Of a stretch of 64,000 nt of DNA, positions 35,885-44,219 are shown in pieces (the first letter of the stretch is position 1; every line of letters begins with the position of its first letter). Location: positions 640,001 to 704,000 of the forward strand of contig JANVYR010000001.1 in the NCBI GenBank assembly GCA_030059665.1, written 5' to 3'. Under the pieces are notes generated by a model, which saw only the letters and a program-made list of their open reading frames with translations, was not told the DNA's origin and searched no databases. Both the position numbers and the translations under genes were made by a program. The stretch comes from Candidatus Calditenuis fumarioli. GTDB lineage: Archaea > Thermoproteota > Nitrososphaeria_A > Caldarchaeales > Calditenuaceae.

Positions 35885-37639
35885 TCAAGCCTGGCCGGCC
35901 TGGGGCTGCCTCGAGTACCTGACGAAGGCCCTGAGGAAGTAGATCGTCATCATCGCTCCGATGACGAACATTATTGCGCCCATCACCGTAGAGAAGGCGT
36001 TGACGCCTGCTAAGGCCGCTGGACCGCCGAGTTGGAGCAGGGGTGCCTGCTGGGCGAAGTAAGGTGCCGGTCTGCCGTCTCTGATGACGACCGGGGTGGC
36101 TGTCGCCGTCGCGAAGACCAGCGTCTGCCACGCTATCGCCGCGAGCGTTGTTATCATCATGAAGATCCCGGGTATCGTGCTGTACCAGTGGAACTTCCTC
36201 TGGGTGAAGAGGTAGAGGCCGACGATCAGCAGCGCGAAGCCCGCCAGGAGCTGGTTAGTTCCTCCGAAGTAGAGCCAGATGTTGATCCAGCTCCCGGTCA
36301 GGACGAAGGCTACCGGCAGAACGAATCCGAGGACCGTCGCCACGTATCTGTTCCCAAGGAAGCTGAGAGATGTGCCGGAGAAGATCTCGGCCATCGTCAC
36401 CCTCCAGAACCTTCCGAGGATCGTCAGGATCGTAACAGCCATCCCGACCATGTAGCTCGCGAAGAAGATCGTCAGGAACGGCACCGCGGCATCTCCTCCG
36501 AAAACAGGTTTCGTCAGCGTGGTAGCGCCCTTCGGGAAGTTGGCTGGGGCTACAGCAGTTCCCGGAGCGAGGACAATCCAAGCGGCGAGCGACGTCAGGC
36601 CAACCAGGTTCTCGCTAAGCATAGCTCCTGCCCCCACCGGTCTAACGTCGGTCTCGACGTCGATCTGCTTGCTAGTCAGCCCAGTACTGACGAGGCTGTG
36701 CCACCCAGAGACGGCACCACACGCTATGCTCACGAACAGTGCGGGCCAGAGCGGACCTGTGGTGAAGATGCGATCGCTGTAAAACTGGGTGAAGACCGGC
36801 ACCTGCACCTTTACGCCCGTGAAGACCGACGCGAGGGCTCCGACCGCCAGCATTATCACGGCCGGGAAGAGCGTGTAGTATGCGATGTAGTTCATCGGTG
36901 TGACAAGCGTCGGCATGGGCAGCAAGGCCCCAGCGACCAACAGGGCGATCAACGGCACGTACCAGAGCGTGTAGGGAGCCGGGCCCAGAGTACCGGGTGG
37001 AGGCCAGTTGAAGACAGCGCCGATCACCACACCGATGGCCAGAAGCACTATGGCGATCAGCGTGACCTGTACGACTGGCATCTTCCTCTTGAAGAGCAGG
37101 TGTCCGGTTATGACGGCCGCTATGGTGAGGTCCAGCAGCGACCAGAAAGAGCCGGCCCATGCGTCGATCACCGTCGCGACGACGAAGAGGAAGGCAGCGT
37201 TGATCAGCAGCAGGTAGAAGAGCAGGAATCCTAACAGGAGCCTCCTGGGCGTCGGGCCGAGGAGCTCGTACGCCAGCGGACCGAAGGACCTGCCCTCCTT
37301 CCTCACCGAGAGGAACATCGCGGAGTAGTCTTGGACCCACCCGATCAGCAGAGCTGCGAAGATGATCCAGAGGAACGCCGGGAGCCACCCGAAGGTCAGG
37401 GCGATTCCTGGCCCGAGTATCGGCCCCAGCGCGGCGATGCTGTTCCACTGGAACCCGTACAGCACGAACCTGGAGACCGGGAAGAACTCGACCCCGTCCA
37501 TGTACATGTGCGCAGGCGTCGGCCTCTTCGGATCCGGTGCCCACACCTTCCGGTCTATCCACTTGCTGTAGGTCCAATACGTCAGCAAGAACACGACGAT
37601 GCCGATGGCAGTTATGCCAAACGGCGTATCGAAGACCAT
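35885..37639 (-). CDS. cstA: Carbon starvation protein A family transporter
   Basis: PTPAH..MDGVEF, SIAALGPILGP, WVQDY, ACGAVSGWHSL, GAMLSE, WLYFGGTNQLLA. Confidence 0.92.
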   Translation of the reverse strand: MVFDTPFGITAIGIVVFLLTYWTYSKWIDRKVWAPDPKRPTPAHMYMDGVEFFPVSRFVLYGFQWNSIAALGPILGPGIALTFGWLPAFLWIIFAALLIGWVQDYSAMFLSVRKEGRSFGPLAYELLGPTPRRLLLGFLLFYLLLINAAFLFVVATVIDAWAGSFWSLLDLTIAAVITGHLLFKRKMPVVQVTLIAIVLLAIGVVIGAVFNWPPPGTLGPAPYTLWYVPLIALLVAGALLPMPTLVTPMNYIAYYTLFPAVIMLAVGALASVFTGVKVQVPVFTQFYSDRIFTTGPLWPALFVSIACGAVSGWHSLVSTGLTSKQIDVETDVRPVGAGAMLSENLVGLTSLAAWIVLAPGTAVAPANFPKGATTLTKPVFGGDAAVPFLTIFFASYMVGMAVTILTILGRFWRVTMAEIFSGTSLSFLGNRYVATVLGFVLPVAFVLTGSWINIWLYFGGTNQLLAGFALLIVGLYLFTQRKFHWYSTIPGIFMMITTLAAIAWQTLVFATATATPVVIRDGRPAPYFAQQAPLLQLGGPAALAGVNAFSTVMGAIMFVIGAMMTIYFLRAFVRYSRQPQAGQA

Positions 37640-37993
37640 CGCGTTTCGACGGTGCAGGAAGTCTTATTTAATAACTTACGGAGGATTGGTTTAACACGCA
37701 GAAACATGAGGAGATCGTCCGTTTTTCGGATTAGAATTCGTGGATATTCCATGTTCTGTGAAATTCGTGGCCGGAAACGGCACCCATGTTGACTGAATCG
37801 TCATCTTTCGTTCCGTATCATTACCGAACCACGGGAAAAATCCGCGGCGTAGAACGGCCCTTCTCGGGGTCGGCTCGGCTCTTCCCTCTTCACAGCTCAG
37901 TCTGGAGCGACTGGCCTCATCCCCCATTTGGTGTCCTCCGCAACTGGTTTTGAGGTTTGCCCAGCCGTCGGGTCGAACGCAGGCTCATTGTCA

Positions 37994-38020
37994 TATAAAG
38001 GAGTTCGTAGAAATTCTACG
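37994..38020 (+). promoter_or_regulatory. TATA-like TATAAA followed by palindrome CGTAGAA-A-TTCTACG
   Basis: TATAAA at 37994-37999; perfect 7-bp inverted repeat 38006-38020. Confidence 0.35.
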
Positions 38021-38257
38021 TGGGATCTTAATGCCTGATGCGCTCTCATACTTACTGACGCTCCTTTGAGGGCGGTTGACGGAAGAGATAAGCCATCATC
38101 TGCGCCTTCCACGTCCTGAAGTCCCTCTTCCTTCCTCACCCGGTAAACACTTCTAAGATTGGTCAGAGACCCGACCATTTCCTGCTCTTTGGGTGCGGCG
38201 GGCGCCTCATCGGCCTCTCCGATCGGCTCCATATGACCCTGTAACCGTAGAAACCCC

Positions 38258-38380
38258 TCATCCGGTCTGCTGAGCCTCCATCAACTTTTCAAGGACGGGT
38301 ATTGCCTGAGCCTCCCCTTCCTGAACCAAAACCTCCTTCATGAGCTTGGACACTAACTCACATTCCTTATGAACCCGCAT
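38258..38380 (-). CDS. Possible 40-aa helical peptide divergent from the IS110-like gene
   Basis: MRVHKECELVSKLMKEVLVQEGEAQAIPVLEKLMEAQQTG*; amphipathic, no known motif. Confidence 0.25.
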   Translation of the reverse strand: MRVHKECELVSKLMKEVLVQEGEAQAIPVLEKLMEAQQTG

Positions 38381-39404
38381 TGCGATGTGAGATGATAGGA
38401 ATGATCGGAGAAGCAAACCAAGAACGTCTCGATTCTAAGCTGAGAGAGAAGGCCCTCGAGCTGTATAGAAGGCTTGAGGGCCTTCCGTTGCCGAAGTTCC
38501 AAGGAGCGACGGTGGACTTCCACCAGAAGAGGCCAGCGATGGTTTTCATAGCGGAGAAGGAGCTGATAGCTCAAGTCGAGAACGGAGAACTCCTGAGGTT
38601 CCTCGTCGCGCAGGGCGTCCGCCGCGTGCTGGTGGATGCCCTATGGCCGAGCAACGTAGCCATCCTCAAGCAGCTAATCGAAAGCGGGATCGAGGTCTGG
38701 GTCCTAACCAGACCGTCGGCCCTTCACGGCTGGCGGAAAAACACGAGGGTAAGCCAAAGGGCCTCGTGGAGTGGTTAGAAAGACATCATCCGAAGGTTCT
38801 GGAGGGCTTCAAGCAAAGGATAAAGAAGGATGAATTCGATGCGGTTCTGTTGAGATATGTGAAGCCGAAATTTATGAGGCCTCTCTCGAAAGAGCATCTG
38901 ACGTGCTGGGTAAAGATGCTGTTATATCGGTATGCCAGAAGGAATCGTCAGGGACTGCTCCATCAGCTCGATGCTCTACCGGTGTCAGAAGATGAAAGGA
39001 CGTGGAGGATCGAGATGTCAGAAGATTATTTGATGATAGAGGCACAGAGCTTCATTGAAACCGTAAAGCGTTGCTATCCGGGGATAGATGAACTGTTCGA
39101 GGAACTCGGTATCTCAGACGACGTTATCGCTCAGGCATATGCGTGCGAAGTGTTCTTAGAGGTGGACGAGAGACGATCACCCTACCGGGAGAGAAATCAC
39201 TTCGGATTGAAGTGGGACGATGACGCCGAGCTTCTGAGGGACGGAGCAGCACTGTATGCATTGAATCAGTTGACGGCTAAGATAGAAGGAGTGAACCCGA
39301 AATTCGCGAAGAAAGGCTTCCGGAAGAAGGAGTGGATAGTCCTAACGAAAATCCATGATTTCAAAAGGCGATTGCTGATAGGGCCAGGCCGGACGCGGGC
39401 CTGA
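38380..39404 (+). CDS. IS110-family-like recombinase/transposase split by a -1 frameshift near 38736-38742 (programmed shift, pseudogene or sequence error); start may be 38401
   Basis: DEDD-type RuvC motifs VDFHQK, VLVDA, LIESGIEVWVLTRP, IKKDEFDAVLL; coiled coil; YPGI..ELGISDDVIA..EV and FGL of the Tnp/Nop-like domain. Confidence 0.7.
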
Positions 39405-39560
39405 GGCCGGGCGCCTCGGCGGGGGAGACCCGGGCACGGGTACTCGCGCAGGCTCTAACCGCCCCCGCCGTGAGGCGGTGAGGCGTAACCTCCTCGAATG
39501 TAACACCGGCCCGGGCCCCAAACGACCGAGGTCGAGGACGCCCTGGGCGACGAATCAAAC
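39405..39560 (+). ncRNA. Candidate structured RNA (bridge/guide-like) downstream of the IS110-like gene
   Basis: Stems 39412-39425/39462-39477, 39428-39432/39437-39441, 39491-39497/39532-39538, 39539-39542/39546-39549; followed by pyrimidine/T tract. Confidence 0.4.
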
Positions 39561-39570
39561 GATCCAAACC

Positions 39571-39592
39571 CCTCCCCTTTCCTTTTTTCTTT
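39571..39592 (+). terminator. Pyrimidine/oligo-T tract, archaeal terminator-like
   Basis: CCTCCCCTTTCCTTTTTTCTTT. Confidence 0.4.
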
Positions 39593-39714
39593 GTCGCATT
39601 AACCTCAGCACGTCCTTTTCACCTTGTTATGGCTTAATTCACAGGCTTCTCCCGGCTCCTGAGCCCATCCTCTGGCTTTGCGTTGGCGCTTCTCGTGTTT
39701 TGAAGGCGGCTCTT

Positions 39715-39855
39715 TATGAAGAGAAGATAGATACAGCGATATCCGTATTCAAGTCGATGTTCGGAGAAGAAGTGCTATCCAGTAAGCCGAAATGGATGAA
39801 GGTAGAGATGGTCCAGAAGGCATTCATATACAACCTGTTGCTGAACGCGGTGTGA
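39715..39855 (+). pseudogene. C-terminal fragment of an IS5/IS4-type DDE transposase
   Basis: YEEKIDTAISVFKSMFGE...KVEM..KAFIYN resembles the YREK region and C-terminus of IS5-like transposases; no N-terminal part. Confidence 0.6.
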
Positions 39856-39989
39856 ACCCGAGACGAAGGAGCTCCAGCGGGAGAAGAGGGCATAGAGCCT
39901 AGGGAATTAGGCCACAAGGCATTGAGCTAAACAACTTTCACTCATCTCACCCTCATAGGGATTTATATATTCTCCTAAGCGCCAAAACT

Positions 39990-42173
39990 TCATTCGAGGA
40001 CCTGGACCACGTCATGCACGACGATCACCGTCCTGCCGTCCTGCTTCAGGATCCTAGCCTTGGCCAAAAATCGCCTGCCCTTCTTCACCAGCTCCCTAGG
40101 TCCGTAGTAGAGGTCCGCGTCGAGCCTCGCCCTGAAGCGGTCGTTCACCAGCACCACGGCGTAACCCGGACCGACCTTCTCCACCTCGACCTTCACGAGC
40201 GCTCCCGACTCGCTGGAGGCCCTGAGCGAGGACCTGGTGACGAACCTCCCGTTCACCTGGGCGACCTTCCGCTCCCTGACGAGCCTGAAGGCGGCACGTC
40301 TCACCACGTCCGGGTCCTCGTCAACGCTCTCCATCACCTCGGTCAGCGTCATCCCCCTACGCCCGCTCTTCAGCAGCGCGAGGTAGACGTCCTTCCTGGT
40401 CCTCTCGACGGCTCGCCTGAGCTCCTTTGCGGACCTGAAGGCCTCCGAGCCCAGATCTGTGCGCTCCTCATCCCCCCGCGGCCCCTCAGCACGCACTGTC
40501 TCCGGAGCGAGGACCGACCTCTCCGGCCGCCTCCACGGCCACGGCTCCCCTGGTGTTGGCATCGGGCCAGAGCGCGGAACCAGCACCTCCCTGACCTCCC
40601 TCGAGACCTCCTCGAGGATCGAGGCCATCCTTCTGGCCCTCCTGTAACCCTCCCGGAAGTAGTACTCCTCGACGGTACCCTCCGTGACCAGTATCAGCAC
40701 CTTTCCCGGCATCCTCCTGCCGGTCCGCCCCCTCCGCTGGACGTGCCTGATGCCGCTGGGTATTGGCTCGTAGAACACCACCAGCCCGCACTCGGGGACG
40801 TCTAACCCCTCCTCTCCTATCGAGGTCGCCACGAGGACCCTCGTCCTTCCCTCCCTGAAGTCCCTGAGGACCCTCATCTGCTCCTCCTGCGTCATCCTAG
40901 GCCCTCCCTTCCCCTCGGCCTTGCCGACGAAGAGCGCCGCATCGATCCCCTCGGACCTCAGCCGCTCCGCGAGGACCTCCGCCGTGACCCTCACGTTGGA
41001 GAAGACCAGGACCCTGTCCTGCGGCCTCTCCGCGAGGTGCGCCCTCACGGCCGATACCAGCGCGGTGACCTTGGGATGGTCTGCCGTGCAACCCTCCGCT
41101 GCCCTCAACAGCTCCGCGAAGTCCTCGCTCCGGACTATCGAGACGTGGCTCCTCAGCTCAGACCCCTTGAGGGACTCGAGGTAGCTGAGGAGCGTCCGGA
41201 CGTGCTGGCTCTCCACCAGCTCCAGGGCGTGGAAGAGGCTCAGCACCTGCGATATGACCTGAAGGAACCTCATCCTCGGACCCCTCGCGCCGGCCTCTGC
41301 CTCCGCCTTCAGCCGCTCCATCAGCGATAGCAGGACCTTCCGGTTCACCTCCACCTCCGCACCGATCAGCCCCGCTGACCTGAGGGCCTCTACGCGCCTC
41401 TCGATCGCCTTCCTTATCACGTCCCGGACCCGTTCGTACTCCGGGGTCAGCTGGACCCTCACCCATCCTACCTTGACGCCCGGGATGTAGGGTCTTACGT
41501 CCTCGTCGTCCTCAGTCCTCCACTCTATCCTCTCGATCCAGAGGTTGCGCACGACCTCGGTGACCGACTCCTTCGTGGAACCCGGAGAAGCGGTGAGCGC
41601 GAGGATCAGGGGCCACGGGCACCTCCTGACGTACTCGGAGGCGATACGGGTGTAGGCGTACCTCGCCTTCGAGCGGTGACACTCGTCCAGGACGAGGAGC
41701 GCGAACTCCTCGAGCGCCACCAGGCCGTTGCTCATGTCGTTCCACACGGCCTGAGGTGTACCGAGCACGACCCTCACCCTCCTGTCGATCCAAATCCCCT
41801 CCCTTCCCCTGACCTCGCCCGTGACGACGGCGACCTCCTCTCGGCCCAGCTTGAGGTGCCTCAGCAGGCTCTCCCGGTGCTGGAGCGCCAGCGGCTTGGT
41901 CGGTGCGAGGAACATGACCCTGCACCCCGGATACCTGCGGAGGACCTCCGCGATCACGAGCTCCGCGATCACCGTCTTTCCCAGCGCCGTCGGCAGGACC
42001 AGGAGCGTGTTGGCCTTCAGCGCGCCCTCGGCCATCTCGAGCTGGTACCTCCTCCCTTCGACGGCCCTCTCCCTAACCATCGGGTGCTCGACGTAGCCCT
42101 CTTCGCTGACCCGGAACGCCCTCGCTTGACCTCCGGCCGTCTCGCCCCCGACGTAATCCCTTAGGTCGACCAC
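39990..42173 (-). CDS. Hef/FANCM-like DEAH helicase without ERCC4 nuclease domain
   Basis: RRYQ, LPTALGKT, VLDECHR, LTASPGS, VATSIGEEGLD, QRRGRTGR; C-terminus is wHTH-like plus beta-barrel. Confidence 0.88.
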   Translation of the reverse strand: MVDLRDYVGGETAGGQARAFRVSEEGYVEHPMVRERAVEGRRYQLEMAEGALKANTLLVLPTALGKTVIAELVIAEVLRRYPGCRVMFLAPTKPLALQHRESLLRHLKLGREEVAVVTGEVRGREGIWIDRRVRVVLGTPQAVWNDMSNGLVALEEFALLVLDECHRSKARYAYTRIASEYVRRCPWPLILALTASPGSTKESVTEVVRNLWIERIEWRTEDDEDVRPYIPGVKVGWVRVQLTPEYERVRDVIRKAIERRVEALRSAGLIGAEVEVNRKVLLSLMERLKAEAEAGARGPRMRFLQVISQVLSLFHALELVESQHVRTLLSYLESLKGSELRSHVSIVRSEDFAELLRAAEGCTADHPKVTALVSAVRAHLAERPQDRVLVFSNVRVTAEVLAERLRSEGIDAALFVGKAEGKGGPRMTQEEQMRVLRDFREGRTRVLVATSIGEEGLDVPECGLVVFYEPIPSGIRHVQRRGRTGRRMPGKVLILVTEGTVEEYYFREGYRRARRMASILEEVSREVREVLVPRSGPMPTPGEPWPWRRPERSVLAPETVRAEGPRGDEERTDLGSEAFRSAKELRRAVERTRKDVYLALLKSGRRGMTLTEVMESVDEDPDVVRRAAFRLVRERKVAQVNGRFVTRSSLRASSESGALVKVEVEKVGPGYAVVLVNDRFRARLDADLYYGPRELVKKGRRFLAKARILKQDGRTVIVVHDVVQVLE

Positions 42174-42423
42174 CGTCCCTACCTCGAACGACGAGGTGAT
42201 AATCGTGCGGTCGGTCCGCTTTCGGTGGAGTCTATGAGGGGATGCGGTTCGACCATAAAGGAATGGCTACTTGTTAAAACAGGAGGAAGGGCCTGGGCAA
42301 CGCGATAATAAATAATCCGTAAAGGCCGAGTGTGGCGGCATGACTTTGACGGGAATGGTATCAATAGGGGGGCGATAAAAATTAATACTATCGTTAAACC
42401 GCACTTGTTATGTTGGGAAGCCC

Positions 42424-43509
42424 ATGATTACGGAGCTGACCATCAGGAATTTCAAATCGATACAAGAGGTCACGCTTGAATGTAAAAAGATAAACATTTT
42501 CATCGGAGAGCCCAATACAGGAAAATCTAACTTGTTGGAGGTGTTTGCTCTGCTGAATCTATTCGGGAGAGATGAAACCCGTTACCCTCTCACAACAGAT
42601 GATTTGCGGTTCATCTTTAGGGTGTCTTCGTGGCGCCAACTATTCTATTGGCAGGATACCAGTCGGGAATTATCAATAAGTTTGCTGTTATCAAACGGGG
42701 GTACGAATAATTCGTACGACCTGAAATTCAGATATGAGGAAGGCAATATAAGCGTTGCCGTTAGTGAAACACAACAAGGAATTGCAGAGACCTCCCCATT
42801 ATCCTACTCTTATACTCTCAGGGCCGATGACCTTCACCCTCTCTCAGAAATTGAATACAACAGACCATCTTTTAGTGAGTTGCAGAAGCTCGCCTTTTAT
42901 CGTTATCGTGTTAGAGATGATTACAAAATTCTGGAGAGTCGATTTGTTGTTCCTCCTGACGCTCCTAACCTAGTAAGTCTACTCCTAGAGAATAAGGAGT
43001 TGAGAAGTGAGGTCGTTCGCCTGATCAATAAGTACGGATACAGGTTGATGATAGAACCTCCTACTAAAACCCTTAAAATCGAGCGCGGTATTGATGAGGA
43101 CTCATTTATAGTGATTTCGCTCCCCTACTCGGCGGTATCCGACACACTACAGCGAATGGTCTTCAACCTCGCCATCGTCACGTGTAACAGAGACATGGTA
43201 ATCGCTATGGAGGAACCAGAGGCGCATGTATTCCCATACTACGTCAAGTATCTGGCTGAGAAGATCGCTGAGGACGAGCAGGGCAATCAGTTCTTTATCA
43301 CGACGCACAACCCGTATTTCCTGCTATCCGTTCTAGAAAAGGGCCGCACGGACGACGTTAACGTTTTCGTTACGCACTATGAGAACTTCGAGACCAAGGT
43401 AATGCAATTGTCCGATGAGCATAAGGAGGAGTTGCTCGATTATGGTGCGGATGCCTTCTTCAACCTAGATGCCATTATGGAGAAGTTGGGTGTAGTGGCC
43501 GGTGGTTAA
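42424..43509 (+). CDS. ABC/SMC-like AAA ATPase (AAA_15/AAA_21 type), low GC
   Basis: IRNFKSI, GEPNTGKSN, MEEPEAH, FITTHNPY. Confidence 0.9.
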   Translation: MITELTIRNFKSIQEVTLECKKINIFIGEPNTGKSNLLEVFALLNLFGRDETRYPLTTDDLRFIFRVSSWRQLFYWQDTSRELSISLLLSNGGTNNSYDLKFRYEEGNISVAVSETQQGIAETSPLSYSYTLRADDLHPLSEIEYNRPSFSELQKLAFYRYRVRDDYKILESRFVVPPDAPNLVSLLLENKELRSEVVRLINKYGYRLMIEPPTKTLKIERGIDEDSFIVISLPYSAVSDTLQRMVFNLAIVTCNRDMVIAMEEPEAHVFPYYVKYLAEKIAEDEQGNQFFITTHNPYFLLSVLEKGRTDDVNVFVTHYENFETKVMQLSDEHKEELLDYGADAFFNLDAIMEKLGVVAGG

Positions 43510-43953
43510 GTGTTGTTCAGCAAATACGTAGTTGAATGTGACAACGACAAAACTTTGGTTCAGGAACTCTTGAACATTAGATCAGGACGGATACACCATG
43601 CCCTTGGCAAAACGAATGTGTTGAAGGTCCTCCAAAAATCTGAAAACTCGCTTGGGTTGATAGATGAGGATCCAGAAAGTCACCAGCCCCCTATGCTACG
43701 TAGCATTCAAGTAAATTACATAGGTAATGGGATAAAGGTGGGTCAATTTAGGAGCAACAAATTGGTGATCTTGTGTCCGGAGCTCGAGGAATGGGTCGTT
43801 AGAGCCATCGAAGAAATTGCAAATCTAAATCCGAAGATTGATGCAAAGACCTTAAAATATAACCCCGAGATGTTTAGGAAGAGTCTTGGACGGCTCATCC
43901 AGTTAAATTCTAGTTATATTATTACACTCCGAAACGTGATGACAACAACCTAA
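43510..43953 (+). CDS. TOPRIM-like partner protein, low GC
   Basis: YVVECDND (E after strand 1), GK.NV, GLIDEDP (DxD), ELEEW; starts immediately after the ATPase stop. Confidence 0.6.
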   Translation: MLFSKYVVECDNDKTLVQELLNIRSGRIHHALGKTNVLKVLQKSENSLGLIDEDPESHQPPMLRSIQVNYIGNGIKVGQFRSNKLVILCPELEEWVVRAIEEIANLNPKIDAKTLKYNPEMFRKSLGRLIQLNSSYIITLRNVMTTT

Positions 43954-44037
43954 TGCTGCCCGATTGTCTCGGGTAGCGAGGGCGGTGTCCTGACCAAACA
44001 ATAACGCTATATTTCGCCACTGAGTTGAACTGTTGGC

Positions 44038-44205
44038 ATGCCGTCCCACGGCTCCGTTACCAAGGCCGGAAAGGTGAGGAGCGCCACCCCGAAGATCGAG
44101 CCCAAGCCGAAGGAGTTCCCGCCGCCGAGGATAAGGAACCGGAGGAACTACGTCAAGCGGATCCTGAACGCCCAGGTGGCGACGGCCGGCGGAAGGCTCG
44201 CCTGA
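44038..44205 (+). CDS. rps30e: 30S ribosomal protein S30e (not in ORF track; 55 aa)
   Basis: Manual translation [20 protein letters not shown]...[12 protein letters not shown]. Confidence 0.95.
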   Translation: MPSHGSVTKAGKVRSATPKIEPKPKEFPPPRIRNRRNYVKRILNAQVATAGGRLA

Positions 44206-44219
44206 TCTGAGTCGTCGGG

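Larger units (their letters stand above)
38311..39583 (+). mobile_element. Putative IS110-like element, ~1.27 kb; ends tentative
   Basis: IS110-like ORF with non-coding flanks; near-direct repeat CCTCCCCTT(T)CCT at 38311 and 39571; lower GC than host genes. Confidence 0.5.

Noticed and set aside
37897-38232. 111-aa minus-strand ORF in the island
   Set aside because: No recognisable motif; neighbouring frames also give protein-like fragments, so at most a decayed remnant
39504-39512. CACCGGCCC in the candidate guide RNA matches the tRNA-Val 3' end (60488-60496)
   Set aside because: A GC-rich 9-mer is expected several times by chance in this window and also occurs in a coding region near 31770
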